DNA of 64,000 nucleotides, from the NCBI GenBank assembly GCA_048939995.1, contig JBHLOY010000002.1, positions 32,001-96,000 on the forward strand, given 5' to 3'. This document shows positions 40,524 through 51,054 of the stretch, one piece after another. A program made the position numbers and the translations under genes. Under the pieces are notes generated by a model. It was given only the letters and a program-made list of their open reading frames with translations, did not search any database and had not been told where the DNA came from. Positions within the stretch are counted from its first letter, which is position 1. Each line of letters opens with the position of its first letter. The DNA is from Promethearchaeota archaeon. GTDB lineage: Archaea > Asgardarchaeota > Lokiarchaeia > Sigyniarchaeales > SOKP01.

Positions 40524-41663
40524 TTATGTTCTTTCTAATTCCATTTGTTCAATTGCCTTACCAGATCTGAAAGGTATGTCTTCCAAATTTTCTCCTGCGG
40601 TGTATCCGAATTCGTCTTTAAATGCTTCATTTAATGACTGAAAGTATAGAGACAAGGGGAGGTGTTGAGGGCAGTTATTATCACAATTTCCACATTCTAC
40701 GCATCTATCTGCAACATGAGCAATGCGTGTCAATTGATAAGTCTCTTTATTTATAACTTTATCTTTTCTCTTTTTTTGTAATATGCAATCAACGCAATAA
40801 CAAACTGGACATCCACGAATACACATCCCACACATAGTACATGCTTGAAGTTTTGCGATTTTCTCTTCTTGGGGGAGTTTATCCCATTCTTCTAAATCTT
40901 TCGCCCTTTTAGTCAATGCGTTTTCCTTCAGTTCTTTAACTTTATTAATGTGAGCTTTCTTAATATCAGCTGGAATCGTTTTTTTTTCAATTTTAGATGT
41001 TTCAATAAGTTCAGCTCCTTTATCAGAATATGCTTTTAGAATAATCTCATCAGAGTCAATAGATATACCAAGATCACTTATACCTATATCAGCTACAACG
41101 GGGATTTTTCTAGTACAGCGTGAACAATTATCAGCGATATCTAAATCAACCTCTTTCGTTGTTCCATCTGATAATTTAAGAATTAAACCTTTTTCTCCAA
41201 TTTTTTCTTTAATAACTTGAGTAGGATCTATGTCCTTAAATTTTTTTAGTTCCCGAGAAGCATTTATAACCATTCCTCTATCTTCAAACGCGATGATAAA
41301 GAGATTCTCTAAATTAATTTGCTTAATCTTAGCCAGCTCTATTATAGCTCTGGTATCACATGGTCGAGCAATAAGCGCTACTTTCTCTTGGAGTGCTCCA
41401 TTTACAGATTTATGCAAAAATTTAGCAGCGGAATCAGTCCTAGCATACCCATAAGAAATAAGATTTGTTAATGGGAAACTCTTAATATCTTCCGGTTTTT
41501 CATAGATGTTTGGAGATACTGTGAAACGATCTTCCTGATTAGTTTTTTTATCAATCCTAGTTTCAGCACCAATGATTTTGTTGACAACTTTCTCCTTTAG
41601 TAAACTAACTAGTATTTTTGGAAAGTCTTCAATTTTTATTAGATATTCTGCTATTGCATCCAT
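40524..41663 (-). CDS. FdhB/FrhB-like (F420-dependent dehydrogenase beta) Fe-S flavoprotein subunit
   Basis: RPCD.RA..EL.K..QI, NC.RC....P..AD, CTMCGMC..GCP.CYC..C, CVECGNC...CP. Confidence 0.85.
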   Translation of the reverse strand: MDAIAEYLIKIEDFPKILVSLLKEKVVNKIIGAETRIDKKTNQEDRFTVSPNIYEKPEDIKSFPLTNLISYGYARTDSAAKFLHKSVNGALQEKVALIARPCDTRAIIELAKIKQINLENLFIIAFEDRGMVINASRELKKFKDIDPTQVIKEKIGEKGLILKLSDGTTKEVDLDIADNCSRCTRKIPVVADIGISDLGISIDSDEIILKAYSDKGAELIETSKIEKKTIPADIKKAHINKVKELKENALTKRAKDLEEWDKLPQEEKIAKLQACTMCGMCIRGCPVCYCVDCILQKKRKDKVINKETYQLTRIAHVADRCVECGNCDNNCPQHLPLSLYFQSLNEAFKDEFGYTAGENLEDIPFRSGKAIEQMELERT

Positions 41664-41769
41664 AGTTTTTCCAACTCAAAATTAATTGTACAAGATTTTA
41701 ATATTACTATATTCCAGTGAAATTTTTTTCTATTTTTATTTAATTTTAAACTAAAAATTACAATTTTAT

Positions 41770-41842
41770 ATGTGTTTTATGGTGCTCCCATTTCCTCAGC
41801 TAAGTTCTCATTTTTATAACTCAGCGTCATTAGCTAACACAT
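41770..41842 (-). promoter_or_regulatory. Eukaryote-type SECIS element in the 3' UTR of hdrA-mvhD
   Basis: Minus strand AUGAC-GCUGAGUU-AUAAAAAUGAG-AACUUAGC-UGAG: UGAN/NGAN core, 8-bp stem, A-rich apical loop, flanked by AUGUGUU/AACACAU. Confidence 0.85.
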
Positions 41843-41848
41843 TATTTT

Positions 41849-42310
41849 TTAAGCCTTTGCTTTTTCTTTGGCTTTGGCTTTCTCTTGCGCGCCACCTTTT
41901 ACACGTAAAGGACTAGGTCCAAGTTCACGAATAACTTTATCAAACTCAATAGCCGCATTTTGAAACTTCTGACCCTCAGCTGCACTACAATATCCAAACA
42001 TTATTCGCTTTTCATTAAGCCCTAATGTCTTCACAACAGCTTTTATGTACTCAAATTCGCGAAATGCAAAATAATTGCCAGTTTCATAATCACACTCATG
42101 AGGATATCATCCAATTATCATTATACCGTCTGCTCCTCTTCCAAATGCCCTAGCAATAAGATCGCTATCAACCCGTCCTGTACATGGTACCAATATCGTT
42201 CTTAAAGAGGGTGGATATTGTGCTCTAATTGTTCCAGCCATATCGGCTGAACCATAACCTCATTTCCAACAAAGGAAGGCTATTATCTTTATATCTTCTT
42301 CTTCTGCCAT
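41849..42310 (-). CDS. mvhD: Hydrogenase iron-sulfur subunit MvhD/VhuD, selenoprotein (Sec17, Sec68)
   Basis: MAEEEDIKIIAFLCWKUGYGSAD...VPCTGRVD...GADG...GUYPHECDY..GN; TGA at 42260-62 and 42107-09; AGGTGG RBS. Confidence 0.92.
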
Positions 42311-42324
42311 TTTAATCCACCTCT

Positions 42325-44301
42325 CTACTCCTGGATTGGAAGTAATTCATCAATTAATGCCATGTATTGGTCATCTCTAAAGTAAGTTAATTCAATAGCT
42401 TTAGAAGGACATGTCGCTGCGCATGTTCCGCATCCTCTGCAGCGAATTAAATCTACAACGATATTCCCCTTTTCATTTATTGAAATTGCAGTATATGGAC
42501 AAGCTTCAATGCATTTATAACATTTTGCACATCTTTCATCTGAGGGAGTCGCTCGAATTAATTCCATAGTATATTCACCTTTACCCATTGGAATTGCGGC
42601 TGCTGATGCTGCACCTCTTGCTTGACTTACAGTCTTATCTATCTCTTTTTGTCCTTGGGCAGACCCACAAATGAAAATTCCAGGTACTTTTGTACTAATT
42701 GGATCAAGACGGGCATGATATTCTTTTAAAAACCCATCAGGACTTCTTTCCATATTTAATACTCTAGCAATTTCAATTGTTCCTTTTGACGGAAGTGAGG
42801 CAGGGGAAAGAACAACCATATGAAATTCCCCAGTCACTACAGTGTCAGTGCCTACAGGTTCCCACTGGGCTAGTAAATTCTTGGTCAATGGGTCCTCTTC
42901 GATTTTTCCAACAAGACCTTTGACAAAAATTATTCCTGCATCTCGCGATCTTCTGTAGTATTCTTCATAATCTTTACCTGCACATCTCATATCAATATAA
43001 GTGCATAGGATTTCTGAATCGGGATATTCAGATTTAATCAGCTTTGAATTTTTAAGAGATAAATTACAACAAACGACAGAACACCATGGATTTTTACTCA
43101 CGTCACGAGATCCAACGCAATTTATGAAAAGAATCTTAGTAGGACGCTTGCCATCAGAAGGACGTTTTAAATGACCGTAAGTTGGACCGTTAGGAGCTAA
43201 TATCCGCTCCAACTCAATCTGGTTAACAACATTTTCATATATGCCATAACCATAATCATCTCCTTCATAAAGATCCCAACCAGTAGCTACGACTATAGTT
43301 CCAATCTCAAGATCTAAAATTTCTTCTTGTTGAGAAAAATCAATTGCATCTTCTTCACAAGAATCGACACAGCTAAAACATTCAACACAAGACTCTCTAG
43401 CAATATCATATACGGCAGGTACGGCCTGCGCAAATGCGATGTCAATACATTTTCTGGCTGAAAGATTTTCATCGAAATAATTAGGTACATAAATGGGACA
43501 AACATCAACACAAGCTCCGCACCCAGTGCATTTAGTTTCAAGGACATAACGTTGATTTCTTTTCACTTTTACTTTGAAGTTTCCAATATATCCATCTACT
43601 TTAATTACTTCACTGTAGGTTAATATCTCGATGTTGGGATGCCTATTCGATTCTAACATTTTTGGACCGAGAATTCAGATTGAACAGTCATCTGTGGGAA
43701 ACGTACGATCTAATTGGGACATTCTCCCTCCAATTGTTGTATTCTTCTCAACTAAGTATACTTTACATCCTGCATTACCTAAATCTATAGCTGTTGATAG
43801 CCCAGCGATTCCTCCACCAACTACTAAAGCTGTCTTTTTTACAGGTACAGTCATAGTGGGAACGTCTTCTAATAATCTTGCTCTCGCCACCCCTGCCTTT
43901 ATTAATTCAATAGCTTTTTGGAGTGCTCTCTCACGAACTTCAGGTGATTGGTGAACAAAACTACAATGTTCTCTGATATTTACAAACTCTAAATATCTTG
44001 GTGGTAAACCTGCTTCAGAAAGTATTGCATGGAAAACTGGTTGATGAGTTTTAGGTGTACAAGCGGCTACAACAATACGTTCAAGCTTGCTTTCTTCTAT
44101 TTGTTCTTTAATATAAGTGGATCCTCCTTCAGTACACATACTTAGGTACTCAAACGCTTTTACTCCTTCTATTTTATTGAGTTCTTCTACGATTTTTGGG
44201 ATATCCAAGATACCAGCGATATTAATACCTCAGCGGCACACAAAAACGCCAACAATAGACTTTTTAGCTTCATTATTTTCTTTGGTCTGGTTTCCAGACA
44301 A
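42325..44301 (-). CDS. hdrA: Heterodisulfide reductase subunit A, selenoprotein (Sec24, Sec209), 658 aa
   Basis: TTG start; GVFVCRUGINIAG (TGA 44230-32); TFPTDDCSIUILGPKM (TGA 43675-77); GGGIAG, CVGSR, C..VCC and ferredoxin motifs, all in one frame. Confidence 0.93.
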
Positions 44302-44578
44302 TTTTTACACCTTTATTAATATATCCTCCTAATTTTTTAAGAGTATATTTAGTATATATGTTTTTATAATAGCATAAAAACTAAAATTTATGATATTGTT
44401 AATAGTCCTTCTTATTAAAATTACATTATTATTCCATTTCATCCACTAATTTAAAAGTTTAATAAAAATATTCTTTCTCTTTTACGACAAAAATTTAAAG
44501 CTTTCTTTTATCTTCAAAAAATAAGGTTATACAAAATGAGAAACTATAAAAATAAAAAGAAAATAAGTATTTGGAACT

Positions 44579-45136
44579 TTAACCTTGAGATTCAGCAATT
44601 ATGTCTCCAAATAATCGCTTTACAGCTTCAATACGAGTTTCTTCTCCTATTTGCTCAACATTTTTGAGTGAAATGGCTTCTTTTGGGCATACTGCTATGC
44701 ACTGAGGCTCTCTCACCCCGACTTCGGGATCAATAAATTCTTCTTTCATATTTTCACATAAATCGCAAACAAGAGCTTTCTGAGAAGAAATATGAAGAGA
44801 AATAACTCCGAAATCGCAAGCACGAATACAAAATCCGCATCCATTACACTTATCCTCCTCTACAATAATGGAACCTGTTTCTGGATCCTGCTCCAACGCT
44901 TTCTCCGGACAGCTACGAACGCAAGGAGAGTCTTCACATTTCTGGCATGCTAGCGCAATGTTAAAAATAGGTTCTATTCTTACTCGATGAATTCTAGTAT
45001 TAATGGGATTAAATTCTGCGTCATGCACAAAACTACACACGCTTTCACACGTCTCGCAGCCCGTACATAAGTTTGGATCTACGATGATAAATTGGTGCAT
45101 AACTCCTCCCCGCTTTTTAGTCTTAGCCTTTGACAT
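44579..45136 (-). CDS. 4Fe-4S dicluster electron-transfer subunit (AorA/DmsB-like)
   Basis: CTGC.TC..VC, CQKC...PC...CP, CNGCG.C..AC, CDLC...C...CP. Confidence 0.88.
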   Translation of the reverse strand: MSKAKTKKRGGVMHQFIIVDPNLCTGCETCESVCSFVHDAEFNPINTRIHRVRIEPIFNIALACQKCEDSPCVRSCPEKALEQDPETGSIIVEEDKCNGCGFCIRACDFGVISLHISSQKALVCDLCENMKEEFIDPEVGVREPQCIAVCPKEAISLKNVEQIGEETRIEAVKRLFGDIIAESQG

Positions 45137-45137
45137 G

Positions 45138-47078
45138 TTACCTCTTACCTCCTTTGGTTGCTGGTTTTAATTTTCCAATCACGAAATCTAACCCTAATTT
45201 TTTCAATGTTTCATCAGTAGGGATTCCTGTCTCTTTATCCCAACCCCGTGCTTCATAATATCCGCTTAATATTTTTTGATATCCATCTTCATTTAATGTA
45301 TACCCTTTGGCAGGACCTTTTGTATGGGCTTCCTTGAAAAATCGATCTGGAGGACGATCATCAGCTCGTGTCCAACCCTCTCTAATATTAAAGCATTTAG
45401 AAAGGTTTAAAATAGCTTCTCCTCGAAGCAAAATTGATTCCTCAGTATGTGGAATTCCAGTGACTAGTTCATATACTTTTGCCATTTCTGCATCAGATTC
45501 ATAGATCCCTCGTGTAAATTTACAGATTATATATGAATCAATAAGCGCATAAACATCCTCAAGTTTTTTGATTGCTTTTCCCCGTTCGAGTGGTTTATCA
45601 TATCCAAATCTATCAAATGTACCTTTTGCATCAAGCCCATAAGCTCCATTGCGTAAATGGCACGCTCCTCGAATAGATACACTCATTCCCACCGCAAATG
45701 AAGTCATGCCATGGACATCAAAGGCAGGGAGTTCTAGCCCTTTAACATGCATAGCATAGTAGCTCGCATTTTTTCTACCCATTTCTTCTAATCGTTTACC
45801 AGCTTCTCTAACACCATCACCAAAAATTTCTCCTGCAAAACCCTTTCCAAGGATCATTTCTTCTGTAAACCTTACAAGATTCACAGTCGAGCCAAAAGGT
45901 AGCTTATATCCTAAATCTTTTTCTGTGATCACACCTTCCTCGAAGCATTCACACGCCATTGCTGCCGTTGCACCACCAGAAATCGCATCGATTCCCAGAT
46001 CATCACACAAGGTTACACATTTAAATACACTTGGCCAATCAGAATTACCACAGGCAGTCCCAAAACCGTAACATAATTCTTGATCTATACTTGCATAAGT
46101 ATTTGGCCAATTTGGATGGGATTTTGGTACTTTTGTAATGTGGTCACATGCAATTGAGCATTGAGAGCAAGCCACTTTTTTGACAACCCAATCTTGATTA
46201 AGTGTATCTCCCGAAAAAGTTCCATCGTCAATCTTATCCCATGTACCTTCTTTGTGGTTGAATATTGGCATCATACCTAGTTTATTATAACTAGTTAAAC
46301 CAGAAGGTGTGCCCAGATCTCTATATTTAGCTGTAGCAGGACCATTTGCAACTTTGATTAATTTTTTTGCTAGTTTATAAAATTCAGCAGGATTTGCAAC
46401 TTTGGTTCCCTTAGTACCTCTAAAACAGACAGCTTTTAAATTTTTAGAGCCCATAACTGCCCCCATACCAGTACGACCAGCTTGCCTATTGCGATCATTG
46501 GTTAAACATGCCATATGGCTCATACGTTCTCCAGCTTGACCAATAGCCATCACTGCAAGTCTATGATCTTGAAATTCTTTCCTTAGAAGCTCCTCGGTTT
46601 CCCAACAACCCTTGCCCCAAACTGTATTTTTGCATGGTACTAAATAATAGTCATCATCATCCACAACCATATAAACAGGTTCAGGAGATTTACCTTTGAA
46701 CACGATCATGTTGATTCCTGCTCTACGGGCTTGAGCTCCTACAGAACCTGATGAGATTGCCATACCAAACATTCCTGTTAATGGTGATTTAGCAAAAACA
46801 CCGTATTTAGAACTAGTTGGTAATATGGTCGTTGGAAAAGGTCCGTGACAATAAACAAAGACATTATCTGGGCTAAGAGGATCAATACCTGGCTTAAGTT
46901 CATCCCAAAGTACCTTTGCACCAAATCCATAACCCCCAATCCAATCTCTACAGAATTCTCTAGATAGTTCCGATTTTTCAATTTTACCATTGGTAAGATC
47001 AACATCAAGCCTTGTTTGGGTATACCCTTTTACATCATCGGGTACAGCTACTTCCTTAGCTTTACTCATGTTTTTCAC
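45138..47078 (-). CDS. aor: Tungsten aldehyde:ferredoxin oxidoreductase family protein
   Basis: KSPLTG, AGRTGMGAVMGSKNLKA, C..C.I.C, D.LG.D.IS, RGACH, YY..RGWD. Confidence 0.92.
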   Translation of the reverse strand: MKNMSKAKEVAVPDDVKGYTQTRLDVDLTNGKIEKSELSREFCRDWIGGYGFGAKVLWDELKPGIDPLSPDNVFVYCHGPFPTTILPTSSKYGVFAKSPLTGMFGMAISSGSVGAQARRAGINMIVFKGKSPEPVYMVVDDDDYYLVPCKNTVWGKGCWETEELLRKEFQDHRLAVMAIGQAGERMSHMACLTNDRNRQAGRTGMGAVMGSKNLKAVCFRGTKGTKVANPAEFYKLAKKLIKVANGPATAKYRDLGTPSGLTSYNKLGMMPIFNHKEGTWDKIDDGTFSGDTLNQDWVVKKVACSQCSIACDHITKVPKSHPNWPNTYASIDQELCYGFGTACGNSDWPSVFKCVTLCDDLGIDAISGGATAAMACECFEEGVITEKDLGYKLPFGSTVNLVRFTEEMILGKGFAGEIFGDGVREAGKRLEEMGRKNASYYAMHVKGLELPAFDVHGMTSFAVGMSVSIRGACHLRNGAYGLDAKGTFDRFGYDKPLERGKAIKKLEDVYALIDSYIICKFTRGIYESDAEMAKVYELVTGIPHTEESILLRGEAILNLSKCFNIREGWTRADDRPPDRFFKEAHTKGPAKGYTLNEDGYQKILSGYYEARGWDKETGIPTDETLKKLGLDFVIGKLKPATKGGKR

Positions 47079-47443
47079 TAATTTTTAATTTATAATATGA
47101 AATTAAACAATTTAATATAGAGAACAACTCTTTATTAGGTTAATTGTTAGATTCCTATAACTAATTTCTTTAAATTTTCATATTTTTAAATTTTTTTTAT
47201 GATTGATTTTGTGTTAACTTCTCTGAATATAGAAATTTTTTGTTCATTATGTTCTAATTCATAAAATTGAATAAGAAAATAGGAATTATGATTCGCTTTT
47301 TATAAAGGCTGAATAAAATTCGATTTTATAACATAATAGGTTAATTAAAAAAATATGATAGATTTTGTTTATCAAAGATAGAGTAATAAAACTTACTCTT
47401 TGAATATTATTCAGAGTAAACAAAAAAAAAGAACTGATTCAAA

Positions 47444-48340
47444 TTGCCCTATAAGATTTTAGGAAAAAAGGAGCTAGGTAACAGCGGATTGTTATATGAA
47501 ATGGTTTTAGATACTCCTTTAATTGCTAAAAAAGCATTTCCGGGAAATTTTATTCTCTTACGGATTAATGAAAATGGAGAACGCTTTCCATTAACAATAG
47601 CGGATTATGATGAAACAAAAGGAACAATAACAATTGTCTTTCAAATTGCTGGAAAAAGTACCAAGTTACTTTCACATCAAAATGTGGGAGATGAAATTCT
47701 TGATGTGGTTGGACCGTTAGGTAACAGAATTCATGCACAAAAATATAAATTTCCTGTTATAATCATTGGAGGTGGTGTTGGGATCGCTGAATGTTATCCT
47801 CAAGCAAAAGAATTAAAGAAAGCAGGAAATAAAATTATTTCTATTATTGGTGCAAGGAATACAGGATTACTTTTTTGGAGAGAAAAGATACGATCTGTAA
47901 GTGATCGCGTAATAATATGTACTGATGATGGAACTGAAGGGATTAAAGGCGTTGTAACCCAACCACTAAAAGAAATACTTTCAAGAGAAAGGATAAGCCT
48001 AGTAATCGCCATCGGTCCCTTAGTTATGATGAAGTATGTCGCGCGAGCTACTGATGGTTCTGGAGATTTGCCGAAGGTGAAAACTTCTGTTTCATTAAAT
48101 ACTATTATGATAGATGGAACAGGAATGTGTGGGGGATGTCGTTTTTCAACCTTAGAAGGAGATATTTATTTTGCATGCGTAGATGGACCCGATGTGGATG
48201 CACACGTAGTAGATTTTGATAATCTTATAAAGCGTTCCATGAGATTTGTTGAATTAGAAAAGCAAGCATTAGACAATTATGATCATGAATGTAAAGCATT
48301 AGGAAAATTGCAAAGTGAGGGACCTCAAAATGGAAAATAA
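47444..48340 (+). CDS. NfnA/SudB-type FAD/[2Fe-2S] subunit
   Basis: GER.PLTIAD, GPLG, GGGVG.A, IGP..MMK, M.DGTGMCGGCR...CVDGP. Confidence 0.92.
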   Translation: MPYKILGKKELGNSGLLYEMVLDTPLIAKKAFPGNFILLRINENGERFPLTIADYDETKGTITIVFQIAGKSTKLLSHQNVGDEILDVVGPLGNRIHAQKYKFPVIIIGGGVGIAECYPQAKELKKAGNKIISIIGARNTGLLFWREKIRSVSDRVIICTDDGTEGIKGVVTQPLKEILSRERISLVIAIGPLVMMKYVARATDGSGDLPKVKTSVSLNTIMIDGTGMCGGCRFSTLEGDIYFACVDGPDVDAHVVDFDNLIKRSMRFVELEKQALDNYDHECKALGKLQSEGPQNGK

Positions 48341-51053
48341 TTTCCCCTTAATTGAAATCCTCCTTAATAACAAAAATAAGATATTAGAAGTTGGTAAATA
48401 TAATGAAAAAGAATTTAAGCAACTTATAGATTCTGTAACAGCCGTTGAAACAGAAAGGCAAGAAGTTTTGAATAAAATTAAGGAATTAGGATCGATCGAC
48501 GTACCTAAGTTACAAAGCGAATTAGGACAATCTGAAGAGAGTATCTTATGTAAAATCGAATCTTTAAGAGAGTTAGGTTTATTAGGTTTCATTGGAGAAA
48601 AGCCAAGATTTTTTGCGAAATATATTGAAAACTATGAAATAAAGGGAATATTCCCTACCACTGATTTGATTAAAGATAGCAATCTTTGCTGTGGATGTGG
48701 GCTTTGCGTTTCAGTTTGTCCTGTTAATGCAATTGATTACGTAGAAGATAATTTTAAATTGAATAAGGATTTATGTATTAAATGTGGGTTATGTTATTCC
48801 GCATGTCCTAGATCCTTTTTTCCAAAACCTTTGGAAAAACTTCCAGATAATGATGATACTAATGTTAAGTTTATAGAATCGTTCCATTATTTTCGAGACA
48901 TTTTTACAGCTCAAACTACAGATAAAAGAATAAGGGAAGTAGCTCAAGACGGTGGTATAGTCACAACCTTGCTCAAAACTGCTTTTAGAGAAGGATTAGT
49001 AGATGGTTCCTTTGCTGTAACAACAGGAGAATTGCCGTTAAAACCTTTACCTATTCTAATCGAAAGTGAGGAGGAGCTTTTAAAAACGGCTGGAACTAAA
49101 TATACAAATGTTCCATTACTTAAAATCTTTCGCGATGCTAAGGATCGTGGCAAAATTGCAGTTGTAGGTACACCATGCATAATGAAAGCTTTAAGAAAGC
49201 TCTCACTTTGTCCTATTAATAAACCTTTTTATGAAAATATTGTTTTAAAAATTGGATTATTTTGCATGGAATCCTTTGATTATGAAAAAATTGTAGAATT
49301 ACTCAAAAATGAATTTAATGTATATCCATCAGATGTAAAAAAGATGGATATAGATAAGGGAAGCTTTATCATTTATAACCGGGAGAGTATTCCTTCCAAA
49401 ATACCAATTAAAAGAATTAAGAAATATGGTAGATTTGGTTGCTTTTTCTGTGAAGATCTGACTTCAAATTATGCTGATATCTCCGTAGGATCTATTGGTT
49501 CAGAGCCTGGTTGGTCAACAGTAATAGTTCGGACAATGAAAGGCGCGGAATTTTTTAAAAAGGTTTTAGATTTAAATATGGCCATCAAGAAAGATATAAG
49601 AATAAATGATCATAACTTTATGGAATTAAGTAGAATAGCTAACTCTAAAATAAAGAACTATATCGAACAACATAGGGTAAAGATGATAGAGCAAGATCCT
49701 AAAGAGAGAATAAATAATTTTGAGGAAGTACCTTATGGATTAACTGATGAAATGATGGAGCAAGAAGTACAAAGGTGCTTGCAATGCGGTTTACCTTTAT
49801 GCGTTACTGGATGTCCTGTTAATATTAGGATTCCAGAATTTATCAAACTACTTAAGGAAGGAAAAAAAATACAAGCTCTTTATAAAATTAAATCTAGTAA
49901 CCTTCTTCCTGCTATTTGTGGCAGAGTATGTCCACAAGAAACGCAATGTGAAGAGACTTGTATGCTAAATTCTCTAGAAGAACCTATCGCGATCGGGCAT
50001 TTAGAAAGATATATTGCTGATTGGGAGAGGAAAAATAAATTAAAGGAATGCCCCGAGTGCTCCCCTCCCAATGGTATTAAGGTTGCGGTTATTGGATCCG
50101 GACCCGCTGGATTAACCTGTGCAGGAGAATTGGCAATGAGAGGATATGATGTTACCATATTTGAAGCATTTCATGCGGGAGGTGGAGTATTAACCTACGG
50201 AATTCCCGAATTTAGGTTACCAAAAGAGGTAGTAAAAGAAGAAATTGAAACTCTTAAAATGCTTAACGTAAAAATTAACTATAATGCAATAATTGGAAAA
50301 ATTCTAACAATTGATGATCTAAAAGAACAAGGATATAAAGCTTTCTTTATAGGTGTTGGAGCTGGGTTGCCATCTTTCATTAAAGTAGCTGGATTGAATT
50401 TAAATGGTGTTTTAACAGCTAATGAGTTTCTCACAAGATCGAACTTGATGAAAGCTTATAGATTCCCTGAATATGATACCCCCATAAAAGTTGGAAAAGT
50501 TGTAACAGTTATAGGAGGAGGAAATGTTGCTTTGGATTCAGCTAGAACTGCCCTAAGGTTAGGTGCTGAAAACGTAACTATTGTGTACAGAAGGTCAGAA
50601 GAGGAAATGCCTGCAAGAAAGGAAGAATATCACCATGCAATAGAAGAAGGGATAAAATTTGAATTCCTGACAAATCCAGTAAGGTTTATTGGTGATGAAA
50701 ATGATAATGTAAAGCAAATGGAAGTAATAAGAATGAAACTTGGAGAACCTGATCAATCTGGGCGTAGAAGCCCCTTACCTATTGAAAATTCTGAGTATCT
50801 CATTGATACTGATACTATTATTATTGCCATTGGAGCAAGAGCAAACCCTACCCTAACAAAATCAATTCCAGAATTGCAATTAAATAAGTGGGGATATATA
50901 GAAACTGATGAAGAGGGACAAACTAATTTAGAAGGAATTTTTGCAGGTGGAGATATTGTTACAGGTACTGCTACAGTTATCTCCGCAATGGGGACTGGTA
51001 AGAAGGCTGCAGCAACAATTGATAAATATCTGCAACAAAAAAGTGAAAAATAA
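48330..51053 (+). CDS. Fusion: wHTH + ferredoxin + FrhB-like F420-binding domain + NfnB/SudA (GltD-like) domain
   Basis: QDGG.VT, GTKY, VGTPC, IGLFCMESF, GC..C.D.....ADISVGS.G...GWS (FrhB); RCLQC...C..GCP, GRVCPQE.QCE, GSGPAG, GGGNVA.D, GGD.VTG.ATV (NfnB). ATG 48330 follows GTGAGG. Confidence 0.9.
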   Translation: MENNFPLIEILLNNKNKILEVGKYNEKEFKQLIDSVTAVETERQEVLNKIKELGSIDVPKLQSELGQSEESILCKIESLRELGLLGFIGEKPRFFAKYIENYEIKGIFPTTDLIKDSNLCCGCGLCVSVCPVNAIDYVEDNFKLNKDLCIKCGLCYSACPRSFFPKPLEKLPDNDDTNVKFIESFHYFRDIFTAQTTDKRIREVAQDGGIVTTLLKTAFREGLVDGSFAVTTGELPLKPLPILIESEEELLKTAGTKYTNVPLLKIFRDAKDRGKIAVVGTPCIMKALRKLSLCPINKPFYENIVLKIGLFCMESFDYEKIVELLKNEFNVYPSDVKKMDIDKGSFIIYNRESIPSKIPIKRIKKYGRFGCFFCEDLTSNYADISVGSIGSEPGWSTVIVRTMKGAEFFKKVLDLNMAIKKDIRINDHNFMELSRIANSKIKNYIEQHRVKMIEQDPKERINNFEEVPYGLTDEMMEQEVQRCLQCGLPLCVTGCPVNIRIPEFIKLLKEGKKIQALYKIKSSNLLPAICGRVCPQETQCEETCMLNSLEEPIAIGHLERYIADWERKNKLKECPECSPPNGIKVAVIGSGPAGLTCAGELAMRGYDVTIFEAFHAGGGVLTYGIPEFRLPKEVVKEEIETLKMLNVKINYNAIIGKILTIDDLKEQGYKAFFIGVGAGLPSFIKVAGLNLNGVLTANEFLTRSNLMKAYRFPEYDTPIKVGKVVTVIGGGNVALDSARTALRLGAENVTIVYRRSEEEMPARKEEYHHAIEEGIKFEFLTNPVRFIGDENDNVKQMEVIRMKLGEPDQSGRRSPLPIENSEYLIDTDTIIIAIGARANPTLTKSIPELQLNKWGYIETDEEGQTNLEGIFAGGDIVTGTATVISAMGTGKKAAATIDKYLQQKSEK

Positions 51054-51054
51054 A

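Noticed and set aside
41849-42034. 61-aa stand-alone ORF
   Set aside because: It is the C-terminus of Sec-containing MvhD starting at 42310
43675-44208. hdrA as split gene or pseudogene (two track ORFs)
   Set aside because: Both breaks are in-frame TGA at conserved Cys positions and a SECIS lies downstream; better read as one selenoprotein
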